Source: an uncultured archaeon
Lineage (GTDB): Archaea > Thermoproteota > Bathyarchaeia > Bathyarchaeales > Bathycorpusculaceae
DNA length: 38,801 nucleotides
Assembly: GCA_963810275.1 (NCBI GenBank)
Contig: CAWENF010000011.1
Coordinates: forward strand, 1-38,801
Direction of reading: 5' to 3'
Made by a program: the position numbers and the translations under genes. Shown here piece after piece: positions 29,027 to 38,734 of the stretch. Under the pieces are notes generated by a model, which saw only the letters and a list, made by a program, of their open reading frames with translations, was not told the DNA's origin and searched no databases. How positions within the stretch are numbered: position 1 is the stretch's first letter; each line of letters opens with the position of its first letter.

Positions 29027-30280
29027 TTGGCGGAAGCAACCACTCTCTTCTCAACCTCAGATGAAGCCAAACTCTGGCTAGAAAACCAAACAAGCACAGT
29101 CTTAACCCCGGTCCACGAGCAAGCAAAAAAACTGTGCGACGACATGGACAGCCAAATCCAAGCCTTAAGTGACGTCAGTAAACTCCTCTTTGACACCAGC
29201 CAAAAAGAAATCGAAAAACGAAACATGAGACTCTACAACCGCGCCAGAGCTCTAAATAAACTCGCCCGCGTATTCATGGACAGATATAAAAAACTCGTCC
29301 CGCCAGAAGAGGTTTCCTACGACTCCATCAATCAATATGCACAGGAAACCCAAAAAAGCCTCATGGTCACCGAAATAGACATCAAAAACTGGTTCCCCCG
29401 CATATCCCCCTTCTTCATCATGGACCGCCGCAAATTCCTCCAAACCTACGAAAAAACCAAACAAGCCTCCGTCAACCTAAACGATTATGTCACAAAAGAA
29501 TATGTCAAAACCAAAACCCTCGAAGAAGCCCTTAGGCAACTAAGCGACCTTCAAAACATAGAAAAACACCTCGCTTCGCTTCAAGAAGACAAAGAGAACA
29601 TAAAAAGCGAACGTGAGCCCATAGAAGATGAAATCAGCGAGATAGAACAAAAAATTACAGAGTTAACCACCGCAGGTCCCTTAGACAAACTAAACCTTGT
29701 CAATGCCGAAATCGAAAACCTCACTAACGAAGTCAAAAACGAACTGCGACATCTACAGAAACCCTTCATCAAGATGCAGGCGTTAGCGACTTCAGGCGGA
29801 GGCGGCGGCATAACGCCCGATGAGTTACAGAAAATCAACCAGTACTTAGATAACCCGTTTGAAGCGTTGGTTTCAGAAAAACCTGGCTACCCTGAGCTGA
29901 AAGAGATTTTAGAAAAGATGCAGGGCATGCTGAAAAAGGATACCCTTAAACTGAAGCCAGATAAGCAGCGCAAAGCTGAACAGTTAGCGCACGAGCTTTT
30001 GAAGGGGGATATGCTTATGAAAATGCAGGTGCGATGCACTGAGATGGCAACGAGGCGGAACCAACTTGTAGAGTCCGCAAAGATGGATGAGATTAAACAA
30101 AACATTGCCGCATATCAGGACCAGCTTGAGCAACTGCGGGTGCGTAAAACCAGTGTGGAAACCCATGAAACCGTCAAAACAAACAGCTACAACTCAACCG
30201 TTGATAAAGTCAGCAACCTAAAGCGCACTATTGAACGTAACGTGGCGGAAGCACTGGATAAAAGAATCGTAATCGCCTAA
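29027..30280 (+). CDS. Hypothetical long coiled-coil protein
   Basis: 417 aa, rich in E/K/Q/L heptads, no Walker motif, central SGGGGG. Confidence 0.8.
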   Translation: MAEATTLFSTSDEAKLWLENQTSTVLTPVHEQAKKLCDDMDSQIQALSDVSKLLFDTSQKEIEKRNMRLYNRARALNKLARVFMDRYKKLVPPEEVSYDSINQYAQETQKSLMVTEIDIKNWFPRISPFFIMDRRKFLQTYEKTKQASVNLNDYVTKEYVKTKTLEEALRQLSDLQNIEKHLASLQEDKENIKSEREPIEDEISEIEQKITELTTAGPLDKLNLVNAEIENLTNEVKNELRHLQKPFIKMQALATSGGGGGITPDELQKINQYLDNPFEALVSEKPGYPELKEILEKMQGMLKKDTLKLKPDKQRKAEQLAHELLKGDMLMKMQVRCTEMATRRNQLVESAKMDEIKQNIAAYQDQLEQLRVRKTSVETHETVKTNSYNSTVDKVSNLKRTIERNVAEALDKRIVIA

Positions 30281-30941
30281 CTCTGCTTTTTTACATCATA
30301 CACTATTAGCACATTGCCTCGCACGGTTTCCACCCGTCGAAGCTCCAACTTTACAGCCAGGTTTAATTGGCGGAACAGGTGCACAGCTTTTTCGCCCACG
30401 AGTTCAGGCGCCACAAGCAGCTCAATTTCATCCACTAAACCCTGCTCCAGGAGCACAGAAGCCAACACACCACCAGAATCCACAACCACCCTTGAGATGC
30501 CAAAACGGTTGTTCAGCTCCTCTAAAGCGGCTTTATAGTCAACGTGATCATCCCCCGTCATGATGTATTCGTAGTTGCGAGCCGCCAAATAGTCAAGGTA
30601 GCGCTTTGGAGTGCGTTTGGAAACCAGCACAATTACGTCTTTGGCGTAGCCAGATTTTCGGTGCACATGCAAAAGCCCCCTCAAGCGGCCTCGGCTGTCG
30701 GGTATAACCCACCAAACGGCGTCTTTGTCTGGGTCGCTGAGGGGTTGGAAATCACTTTCCTCCTCAGGAGGCACTGCAGCGACAAACGTTTCGACGCCTG
30801 TTTTGGCGGTATTAGAGCAGCAAGTAGAGCGTCTAACCCAATTTTTGCAAGCACTTCGTAATGCAAAGCGACATCAACTTGGAAGTCTTTTATCGCTCCG
30901 TCTAAGCTAACGGAGTTAAACACAATTACTTTAGGCAGCAT
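30277..30941 (-). pseudogene. RibD C-terminal / DHFR-like reductase with a single frameshift
   Basis: N-part MLPKVIVFNSVSLDGAI..DALLA; one G added near 30818 restores GSNTAKTGVETFVAAVPPEEE and continues to DSRGRL, DSGGVL, LVDEIELLVAP. Confidence 0.82.
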
Positions 30942-31123
30942 ACGCATAGGTTGTCATTGATGAGTATTTAGGGCTTTTTTTGCTGGGTAAACGCAAAAAC
31001 TTGATTGACACCATGTAAGGAAATGTCGGCTGTGCACACACAGCTGCTAAAACTCTTCTTAGAGGGGTTTCGCCAAAAAGAATTAAGCCTAACGAACCGC
31101 AACATCTAGTGGAGAAGGATAAA

Positions 31124-31309
31124 ATGTACTCAAAATGTCCATCCTGCCATGCGGAAACAAACAAGTTTGCCGCCGAAGTCTACGTTTGTAAAAACCCCAA
31201 CTGCAAATACGTAGATGCTCACCAACTCATAGCAGTGCTTCAAGCCGTGGGGTTGGATGAAACAGTAATCGGGGAAGTTAGAACAAACCTGAAGCTCAGA
31301 GAATTTTAG
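31124..31309 (+). CDS. Small zinc-finger protein
   Basis: MYSKCPSC...YVCKNPNC; GGAGAAGGA upstream of the ATG at 31124. Confidence 0.6.
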   Translation: MYSKCPSCHAETNKFAAEVYVCKNPNCKYVDAHQLIAVLQAVGLDETVIGEVRTNLKLREF

Positions 31310-31310
31310 A

Positions 31311-33020
31311 CTACTGCTGCTTCTTGAGGTCGTCTAATAAGGCTTGAAAGTTTAGTTCAAACGCCGCAGCAGGGTTCTCTAGTTTCCACGCTTCCAGCAC
31401 AGCCGGGTTAACTTCGCCGACCACGCCAACCTCTTGGTCGCTAACACGGATTTTTCCTACTCTGCCCTCGATGAAGCTCGGATGGGCTGTTTCTTTGATT
31501 TGCCAGTCCACGCCCAAATTCATCATAAGCGAGTCCAAGGCGGATTTGATTTCTGTGAAGCTGGCGTTGGGGTGCGATGTAACTGATGCTAACCAGTTTT
31601 CGTCTATAGTTCGTGTTTCGGCTGTTGCATTTGGCATGGTGACTTTACCCAACTCAAAGATTTTCTGGGGAAACTCTACAGATTGGTTGACGCTGAGGAA
31701 CTCAATGAGGCTAGGGAGAAGCCAACTGCGCAGGCAGGTCATGGTGTTGACTTTGGGGTTAACAAGCTCGATGTGTGGCGTCGGTTCAATGTTCATTTTT
31801 TTGAAAAGAGCGTCTTGGTTGGTTAGTGTAGTGTTTAAGACTTCTTGGTAGCCCAGTCCCGCCATTAAGTCGCGGGCTACATTGATGAAGTACTGGTCAG
31901 TTTTAGCTTTGCCAGTTGTAGGTAGCTCACGCCACTGCGGTATAATGTTATTGTAGCCGTAGGCGATGGCGACGTCCTCGATTAGGTCCACTTGATGCAT
32001 AACATCGACCCGATAGCACGGAACCAACACAGTAAGTGCGTCGCCTACGTTTTTGTCGACGTCTAAGCCTGCTGTGTCCAGCAAACCTGCGATTTCCGTC
32101 GCCGACAACTGCAAGCCTAAGAGGCGGTTGGTTTCGGCTACGCTTAACTGCATCTTGCGGTTGCTAAAGTCAGGCGTCACAAGCGTGTCCACCGTGTACT
32201 TGCTGTCTTTGGGGTAATGAATTGTAGCTTTGTGGGCTTGTCCGCCTCGGTCAATTAACGCTAAAGTAACCAAATTTAGTGCGTTCAAAACGGTTTTGTA
32301 AAGTGTTCCCGTGACTTCCACAAGCAGGTTGCGGCTGTCCTCGGTTATTTTGCCCAAGTCATTGCTGTTGATGATGGGCGGGAAAGAAAGCACTTTGCCT
32401 TCGCGGTCAAACAACATTGGGTATTTGGCGTTGCGTTTGACTATGTGGCCGTATTCTTGACCTTTGGGATGCTTCTCTAAGATTTCGTCAAGCCCCATTT
32501 TTTCTGTGAAACCCAACGGTACAAACGCCACTTCGCTTGGGTCTACAGCTTTGTACTGGACAGGGGGCTTTATGAGGTCGAGGTTGTAGATACCAATGCT
32601 GGTTTTCTGTCGGTTCCTGCCCTGTGTCCCGTCGAGTTTGTCTTGAAGGTGCATGATGCCTTTGATGACTTCGTCGCAGAGATGCACGTTTTTAACTACA
32701 GCACAGCAGATGTAGGGGCGAACTGGGTAGAGGTCTGCATCAACGTAAACGTCTATGGCAGGTGCAGCCGCCGAATAGGGTTTGATGCCTTTTTCCTGCC
32801 CGATGTAGCCTCGAAGTGCACGTGCTAAACCCTCCACGCTCCATAAATCCGAGCGGGCAGTATCCTTCATTTCAACTCTCACAGAAGCCTCTTTTTGGTC
32901 GTATGCTTTGACTTCGGCTTTAACGTATGAAAGCACATCGTCAAGTTTATCCATGTCACCTTTGAAATCAATGTTCAGTAAACGTTGAAGTTCGTTGAAA
33001 TTCACATCGATTGTGGGCAT
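31311..33020 (-). CDS. pheT: Phenylalanine-tRNA ligase beta subunit (archaeal type)
   Basis: MPTIDV, RSDLWSVEGLARAL, LSFPPIINS, RVDVMHQVDLIEDVAIAYGY, HPSFIEGR. Confidence 0.97.
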   Translation of the reverse strand: MPTIDVNFNELQRLLNIDFKGDMDKLDDVLSYVKAEVKAYDQKEASVRVEMKDTARSDLWSVEGLARALRGYIGQEKGIKPYSAAAPAIDVYVDADLYPVRPYICCAVVKNVHLCDEVIKGIMHLQDKLDGTQGRNRQKTSIGIYNLDLIKPPVQYKAVDPSEVAFVPLGFTEKMGLDEILEKHPKGQEYGHIVKRNAKYPMLFDREGKVLSFPPIINSNDLGKITEDSRNLLVEVTGTLYKTVLNALNLVTLALIDRGGQAHKATIHYPKDSKYTVDTLVTPDFSNRKMQLSVAETNRLLGLQLSATEIAGLLDTAGLDVDKNVGDALTVLVPCYRVDVMHQVDLIEDVAIAYGYNNIIPQWRELPTTGKAKTDQYFINVARDLMAGLGYQEVLNTTLTNQDALFKKMNIEPTPHIELVNPKVNTMTCLRSWLLPSLIEFLSVNQSVEFPQKIFELGKVTMPNATAETRTIDENWLASVTSHPNASFTEIKSALDSLMMNLGVDWQIKETAHPSFIEGRVGKIRVSDQEVGVVGEVNPAVLEAWKLENPAAAFELNFQALLDDLKKQQ

Positions 33021-33022
33021 TT

Positions 33023-34552
33023 TTATGTCACCTGTTTTTTGCGTAGCCAATCAAGGTCTTGACTAAAGATTTGGCGGATATCGGTTATGCCGCTTTTCAT
33101 CATGAACAAGCGGTCGACGCCCAAGCCCCATGCGATTACAGGCACTTTTACGCCCAAGGGTTGGGTGACTTCGGGGCGGAATATGCCTGAGCCGCCGAAT
33201 TCTATCCAGCCGTAGCCCTCCTTGTACGCGGAGAGCTCAACGCTGGGTTCGGTGAAGGGGAAGTAGTCTGGCTTGAAGCGGACTTTGTCGGCGCCTGCGA
33301 TTTCCCGAGCGAACTTGCCTAAAACTCCGAGGAGGTCTTTTAGGGTTAGTTTTTCGTCGATGATTATGCCTTCTACTTGGTTGAATTCGGAGAGGTGGGT
33401 GCGGTCGGTTATTTCGGGGCGGTATACGCGTGCGATGCTGAAGTGGCGACTTGGGACTTCATACTTACCTGCTTCGAGTGTGCGTGCGCTTAGGCATGTG
33501 CCTTGGCTGCGAAGAATTAGTCGCTTCGCGGCTTCAGGGGAGTACTTGTAACCCCAGCCTGTGGAGCCCGTTATCCAGCCTGTTTCATGAGTCTGCCCAA
33601 CCTGTTCAGCTGCTTTCATGTGGGCGTCTAAACTGCCAAAGCACGGGTCTTTTACGTAGTAAACGTCAGATTCCTCTCTTGCAGGGTGGTCTTGTGGGAC
33701 GTTTAAGGCATCAAAATTGTAGAAGCCCAACTCCACCTGTGGGCCAGTCATTTCTTGGAACCCCAGCTCAACGAGTTTGTCGCGGACTTCATCAAAGAAA
33801 CACAAGTAAGGATGCTTTTTGCCAGCCCAAGTTTTGGCGACGGGCGCTTCAATATTGTATTTTTGGATTTTGACTTCGCGCCATTTTCCTGTGATTATGA
33901 GTTCGGGTGTGAGTTTGGTAACTTCAGGCGCTGTAGTTGCAGCTTCGGAAACCGCTTTTTGACCGTCCTCAGTGATTGTGAGTTTACGGGTGGTTTTCGA
34001 TTCGATGGTTGCAAGTTTACGTTTTTTGAGCCCTTCCGCAGCGTCTTTTAACTGGGGGCTCAAGTCATCAACGGCTGTCTGCTCTTTCTCGCCGAGGTGC
34101 TTGAGCAACGTTTCGTCGCAGGCTTCAGGAACCGACATCTGATGCAGCATGGCGTCGTTTATGGTGAGTGTATTGGTTTTTGAATCGTAGAACGCCCATT
34201 TTTTGCGGATAACCCATCCCTGAGCTATCCCAACAAACTGCTGCTCCAAACCCGCTTTTGCCGCTGCCTGTTTTAGGTCTGCTTTGCCGCCTAACTCGGC
34301 GATGGCGTGGATGAGTTTGCGTTCGGGCAAGCCGTTTTGGCTGTAGGTTTTGCCTTCTGCAGTGAGTTTTATGATGTTTTGAGTCTGTGCGTGTATGGTT
34401 AGGAGGTTTTTTTCCTGTAGGGTGAGTGCGGAGCGCATGACTGCTGCGTCTGGGAAACCGCAGGACTCGACGATATTCTCTACGCTGGCGGTTCCGTCGA
34501 GTTTCTGTAGCGCCAAGAGGAGTTGTTGTTCTTGAAGTCGAAGTTCAACCAT
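33023..34552 (-). CDS. pheS: Phenylalanine-tRNA ligase alpha subunit (archaeal type)
   Basis: NFDALNVPQDHPARE, DRTHLSEFNQVEG, YFPFTEPS, GIFRPE, AWGLGVDRL. Confidence 0.97.
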   Translation of the reverse strand: MVELRLQEQQLLLALQKLDGTASVENIVESCGFPDAAVMRSALTLQEKNLLTIHAQTQNIIKLTAEGKTYSQNGLPERKLIHAIAELGGKADLKQAAAKAGLEQQFVGIAQGWVIRKKWAFYDSKTNTLTINDAMLHQMSVPEACDETLLKHLGEKEQTAVDDLSPQLKDAAEGLKKRKLATIESKTTRKLTITEDGQKAVSEAATTAPEVTKLTPELIITGKWREVKIQKYNIEAPVAKTWAGKKHPYLCFFDEVRDKLVELGFQEMTGPQVELGFYNFDALNVPQDHPAREESDVYYVKDPCFGSLDAHMKAAEQVGQTHETGWITGSTGWGYKYSPEAAKRLILRSQGTCLSARTLEAGKYEVPSRHFSIARVYRPEITDRTHLSEFNQVEGIIIDEKLTLKDLLGVLGKFAREIAGADKVRFKPDYFPFTEPSVELSAYKEGYGWIEFGGSGIFRPEVTQPLGVKVPVIAWGLGVDRLFMMKSGITDIRQIFSQDLDWLRKKQVT

Positions 34553-34669
34553 ACAGCATACCTGCAGTGCCGAGTTTTTGTTTTGTTACAGTAGTTCTTG
34601 GGCGTCAAATAAAAGCATGCTGATTTCCTTCAGATCGCCCACAGCACTAGGGATGCCTCTGAGTTTTGA

Positions 34670-34975
34670 GTGGACGAAGTGAGGATGTACCGCGGCTTCA
34701 GAAGAATCCTGAAGAATACTTTTGACACCATGCAAGGCGGTGGCAAAATGTCTGTTCAAAGTCAAATAGGGAAGAGAGGATGGTGTTTATGTTTAAGGAC
34801 TCGGGCTTTGGTTTGTCTGAGTAGACTATAAGGAGTTTGGACGTCTCTGTTTACAACAACGGCAAAAAGCATGGGTTTTGAGATGGTAATTACTAAACGA
34901 AGCATCAAAGCCAACAAGGCAAAATTGCCCTGCAAGGAAACACCATAACAGTGGATCTATCCACAAACCTTAGAC
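34670..34975 (+). pseudogene. Relic of a histidine kinase HATPase_c domain
   Basis: Pieces VDEVRMYRGFRRILKNTFDTMQGGGKMSVQSQ (N-box), FMFKDSGFGLSE* (G1) and WTSLFTTTAKSMGFEMVITKRSIKAN (F/G2), with stops and frameshifts. Confidence 0.65.
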
Positions 34976-35209
34976 CTTAAAGGTCAAAACCTTTTTAAAA
35001 TTTGTAAGATGAAAAGGGTGGCGCCTTTATTCAGCATCTTCTTGAGCTTATGGCAGAACAAACTATTTGTGGTTTGCATCTGTTTTGGGCTACAGGTTGG
35101 TTGTGCCAGAACATTGAAACCGTTGTTTCCTTAGATATTCTTAAAGCTTATGAAACTTCGAAATTTTGATATGTGTTTGTTACCATCAGTGAGTTTGGTC
35201 CGTGAATCT

Positions 35210-35734
35210 ATGATACTGTCTGCGGTTGATCTTAAGAAAGCTATGGAGGAAAGGGCGATAACAATTGAACCATTGAGTAATGACACTGTTAGGGAGAATG
35301 GGGTTGATTTGCGTTTTTCTGAGGAAATCCTCCGTTTACAGCCTACCGATAAGGTCTTGGATATACAGGCACCAACCAGTGATGGACTGTATTTCAAGGA
35401 AAAAGTCACTGAATCATTCGTTTTGGGCAAGTACGAAAAAGTGCTGGTAGCAACATTAGAGAAGGTAAAGTTAAGCAATAACCTCATGGCTTTTTGCCAA
35501 CTCAGAAGCACATTTGCAAGGGCAGGCGTCTCCATCCCCCCAACCGTTGTTGACGCAGGTTTTGAGGGTATTCTCACCATTCTATTATCAGGCGGACCGT
35601 TCCCAGTTAAAATCCCTGTAAAAACACGGTTCCTGCATCTGGTGTTTGCAGAACTAAAGACGCCTCTTGTAAGTGGTTATGATGGGAAGTATAAGCATGA
35701 TAATTGTGTGGCGACTCCAAAAAAAGACCGCTAA
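35210..35734 (+). CDS. dcd: dCTP deaminase
   Basis: MILSAVDLKK, VRENGVDLR, LRSTFARAG, PPTVVDAGFEG, GKY; start trimmed to the ATG at 35210. Confidence 0.9.
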   Translation: MILSAVDLKKAMEERAITIEPLSNDTVRENGVDLRFSEEILRLQPTDKVLDIQAPTSDGLYFKEKVTESFVLGKYEKVLVATLEKVKLSNNLMAFCQLRSTFARAGVSIPPTVVDAGFEGILTILLSGGPFPVKIPVKTRFLHLVFAELKTPLVSGYDGKYKHDNCVATPKKDR

Positions 35735-35781
35735 CCACATTACCTTTTTATTCGTATTTGCGGAGTCTGGGTTGAGTAAAC

Positions 35782-36207
35782 TTGGACTTTGAGTATCCTG
35801 AAGGTATATGCTTTGAATGTAACTTCTGCGGCTTGTGCTGTGGTGACACCGACCACAAACTACGTCACATCCTGCTGCTTGAAAGCGAAGCTGAAGCGGT
35901 TTCTGCAGCCACAGGGATACCCATCGAGGATTTCTCGGTTGAAACTAAGGGTAAACCACCTTACCTCTATGAGATGAAGAAAAAAGAGGGTGACTGCTTT
36001 TTCCTAAAAGACAACAAATGCATGATCTACGCTGAACGTCCGCTGATTTGCTGCTTCTACCCCTTTGAGTTAAAATTTGACGAAGAGAAAGGGGTGCATG
36101 TTTTTCGGTTTACCAAAGAGTGCCCCACCATCAATATGAGCGGCAAATTGATGCCAAAACAGGATTTTGAAGCTCTCTTCAAGCTTGCTGAGGATCGGCT
36201 TCGTTAA
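35782..36207 (+). CDS. YkgJ-family cysteine-cluster protein
   Basis: FECNFCGLCC, CFFL..NKCMIYAERPLICCFYPF, ECP. Confidence 0.9.
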   Translation: MDFEYPEGICFECNFCGLCCGDTDHKLRHILLLESEAEAVSAATGIPIEDFSVETKGKPPYLYEMKKKEGDCFFLKDNKCMIYAERPLICCFYPFELKFDEEKGVHVFRFTKECPTINMSGKLMPKQDFEALFKLAEDRLR

Positions 36208-36209
36208 AA

Positions 36210-36671
36210 CTACTGACCCAGCACGTCGGCTTGCTCAATGGTTATGCCGCAGTAGTGGCACTTAAGAAGCAGGGGCTCCTCGCTTTTAACATGGAACTTT
36301 GAGGTTATGGGTTCGTTTCTGTTGCAAACGCACATGGGATTGACGCATTTTATGATACCCTCAATCACCTGCGGCAGCTTAACCTCCAACTTTTTGGTCA
36401 CAACATAGTTCTTAATAATGTTAATGGAGGCATGCGGCGCAACCAAAGCGATTCGGTTAACCTCCTGCGCACTGAGTGCTTTGCCCTCGATTTTTATTAT
36501 GTCCTTAACTCCAAAACGCCTACTTGGGACGTTAACAGCGATGGTCATGACGCGGTTCTCCTTGCCCGTTATACCCAGTATGTTAACTACATCTAGAGCA
36601 TAGCCACCTCGGATGTGATCAATTACGGTGCCGTCCTTGATTTTTGATACCCGAAGCTCCCGTTCACTCAT
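36210..36671 (-). CDS. pyrI: Aspartate carbamoyltransferase regulatory subunit
   Basis: VSKIKDGTVIDHI, KDIIKIE, CVNPMCVC, CHYC; start trimmed to MSEREL. Confidence 0.96.
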   Translation of the reverse strand: MSERELRVSKIKDGTVIDHIRGGYALDVVNILGITGKENRVMTIAVNVPSRRFGVKDIIKIEGKALSAQEVNRIALVAPHASINIIKNYVVTKKLEVKLPQVIEGIIKCVNPMCVCNRNEPITSKFHVKSEEPLLLKCHYCGITIEQADVLGQ

Positions 36672-36725
36672 GTTAGTCCCATAAAGGGGTAACACAGAGA
36701 GGCAAATAAGACTTCCCCAGGTTGG

Positions 36726-37439
36726 CTAGGAGGTGCGCAAGTCGATGACGGTAGTGCCTGCGAACTTGTCAAAGTACCGCAGAAATGCGTGGTTCTTAAT
36801 TCGCCAGCCAAACAACAAATCAAACGGCAACACAGGCAAAAGCTTTCCAAAGTTACGAACCGCAGCGTGGTCGTAGCTCATTTTTTTACCATCAGTCCGT
36901 ACCACTTTAAGCCCGAGTACCCGTTTGCCAAGGCTTTGCCCGTTAAAGCCCTCCAGCAACGTAGAGTACAACCATAGCAAACCAATGGTTATGAAGAGTA
37001 CTGTGCTGATTTGATTGCCCCAGCTGCCTGCTTGAAATATAAGTAGCTGGGGTAGAAAAGTAATCACAAATGTAAGACCGAAAATTAACGCGAAATCTAT
37101 GAGAAACGCAGATGTCCGTTTCCTAAATGAGGAAATTGGCAGCGAAGTAGCTCTGCCCTGCACGTCGGCGGCTTCAGCCCAGCTCTCTACATCCTGGATG
37201 ACGCGCACTGCGTTTTCGCCTGCTCTGCTGAGGCGGTATTTACCGCTTTGAGTCTGCTCTATGAATGGAGCAAGCGCTCGCAAGTGAAAACTGAGTTTAC
37301 CAGTATCTACCTTAAGCAGATTAAGCAAATCCGTGAAGGAGGATTCGCCGTTATCGCTTAAGTCTAACAGTATTTCTCGTCTCAGCGGATGAGAGAGAAC
37401 TGAAAGAACTTTGGATACGTTCTCGTTGTTTACAGCCAT
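36726..37439 (-). CDS. ArsR-like winged-HTH fused to an RDD membrane domain
   Basis: LSHPLRREIL..SFTDL...TGKLSFHL; R..AFLID, GQSLGKRVLGLKVV, RN, DKFAGTTV. Confidence 0.88.
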   Translation of the reverse strand: MAVNNENVSKVLSVLSHPLRREILLDLSDNGESSFTDLLNLLKVDTGKLSFHLRALAPFIEQTQSGKYRLSRAGENAVRVIQDVESWAEAADVQGRATSLPISSFRKRTSAFLIDFALIFGLTFVITFLPQLLIFQAGSWGNQISTVLFITIGLLWLYSTLLEGFNGQSLGKRVLGLKVVRTDGKKMSYDHAAVRNFGKLLPVLPFDLLFGWRIKNHAFLRYFDKFAGTTVIDLRTS

Positions 37440-37592
37440 TTTCTTTAGAACCGTACATCCTTGATTAATGGCGCTGTTTAGGAGTGGCTATATGCCAACA
37501 GAATAAAGGTCTCCCATATAAGCAGCACTCAAAAACTCTAATAAACAGAGGCCATTTCACTAATATAGAAACAACCATTTAAACGATTGTAT

Positions 37593-38492
37593 ATGTCAAG
37601 TGCCGATGTAGCTGTCCAAGTTTTCCGGGAACTAGAAGCAGAGGATTTCCGAGTGTTGCAAATAATCGAAGCAGCCATGCAAAGCCGCGAGTTCGTTCCT
37701 ACCGAGCAAATTCACAAATTCTCCAAAGTCCCACTTGAACGCGTGGAATTCACGCTGGGCAAGCTTAACCGGCTGGGTTTAATCTACCAGACACGTACCG
37801 CCTACATCGGACACACTCTAAACTTCGCAGGTTACGACTGCCTTGCCATAAACGCCCTCGTAAAAGCCGAAGTAATCGCATCTTTCGGTAAAACCATAGG
37901 CGTGGGTAAGGAAGCCGATATTTACGATGCTCTGAATCCCGATCGCAAATGTATAGCAGTCAAATTCCATAGGCTGGGTAGAATCAGCTTCCGCCAGACT
38001 CGACGAAAACGCGGTTACATCCGTGAGCACTCAAGCTGGCTCTACCAGTCCCACCTTGCAGCAGATCGTGAATACCATGCCATGAAGCAAGCATACGAAA
38101 ACGGTGTCGCTGTCCCAGAACCGATTATGCAAAACCGCCACGTTATAGCCATGGGCATGATTGAAGGCGGCGAACTATCCAAATACAAAGATGTGGGAGA
38201 CCCCAAATTGGTACTACGTGAAATCCTGCATAACATCAAAGCAACCTACCAGAAGGCGCATTTAATTCACGCTGACTTAAGCGAATATAACATCATCCTA
38301 CAGCCCGACGGACACATTTTGATTATTGATTGGCCGCAAGCCGTGAAAATAGACCACACAAACGCAAAAGAACTACTGGAGCGAGACCTGCATAATGTTT
38401 TGGTGTACTTTAACAGAAAATTTTCTGTCCACTTGACAGTTGAGAAGGCTTACTCTTATGTTGTTGGGAAAGATAAACGGTTGCCCGTTTAG
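37593..38492 (+). CDS. rio2: RIO2-type serine/threonine kinase
   Basis: N-terminal wHTH (EDFRVL..IE, GYDCLA), GVGKEADIY, VKFHRLGRISF, IHADLSEYNI, IIDWPQ. Confidence 0.95.
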   Translation: MSSADVAVQVFRELEAEDFRVLQIIEAAMQSREFVPTEQIHKFSKVPLERVEFTLGKLNRLGLIYQTRTAYIGHTLNFAGYDCLAINALVKAEVIASFGKTIGVGKEADIYDALNPDRKCIAVKFHRLGRISFRQTRRKRGYIREHSSWLYQSHLAADREYHAMKQAYENGVAVPEPIMQNRHVIAMGMIEGGELSKYKDVGDPKLVLREILHNIKATYQKAHLIHADLSEYNIILQPDGHILIIDWPQAVKIDHTNAKELLERDLHNVLVYFNRKFSVHLTVEKAYSYVVGKDKRLPV

Positions 38493-38734
38493 TGTATATT
38501 ACTGTTTAAAACGATGTAGAGTATGTTGTTGCCGCGTAGGAGCACGTTGCCGTAGTTAGTCATGAGTTGGTCTTCTTTGATTTCGGTTGCTCCTTCCAAG
38601 AGCAGGTTCATGTGTCCGTCACAACGGATCATTTTGCCTTTGTATTCGTAGCCATTTTTAAGAACTACTTCAATGTTGCCGTGCAACTGTTTTATGAGAA
38701 CGTTTAATGGTTTTTTACTTGGTTCCATCATCAT
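38489..38734 (-). CDS. Sm-like archaeal protein (SmAP/LSm)
   Basis: KPLNVL, VVLKNGYEYKG, DGHMNLLLE, GNVLLRGNNILYI; exact start Met uncertain. Confidence 0.93.
   Translation of the reverse strand: MMMEPSKKPLNVLIKQLHGNIEVVLKNGYEYKGKMIRCDGHMNLLLEGATEIKEDQLMTNYGNVLLRGNNILYIVLNSNIH

Noticed and set aside
31029-31044. Short hairpin GCTGTG-CACA-CACAGC and an upstream TGATGA
   Set aside because: A 6-bp stem is expected by chance; no matching D box found
459-38239. Numerous antisense or alternate-frame ORFs in the track (e.g. 3771..4202, 9785..10465, 15737..16219, 20923..21456, 35131..35580)
   Set aside because: Shadows of well-supported genes, with no motifs of their own
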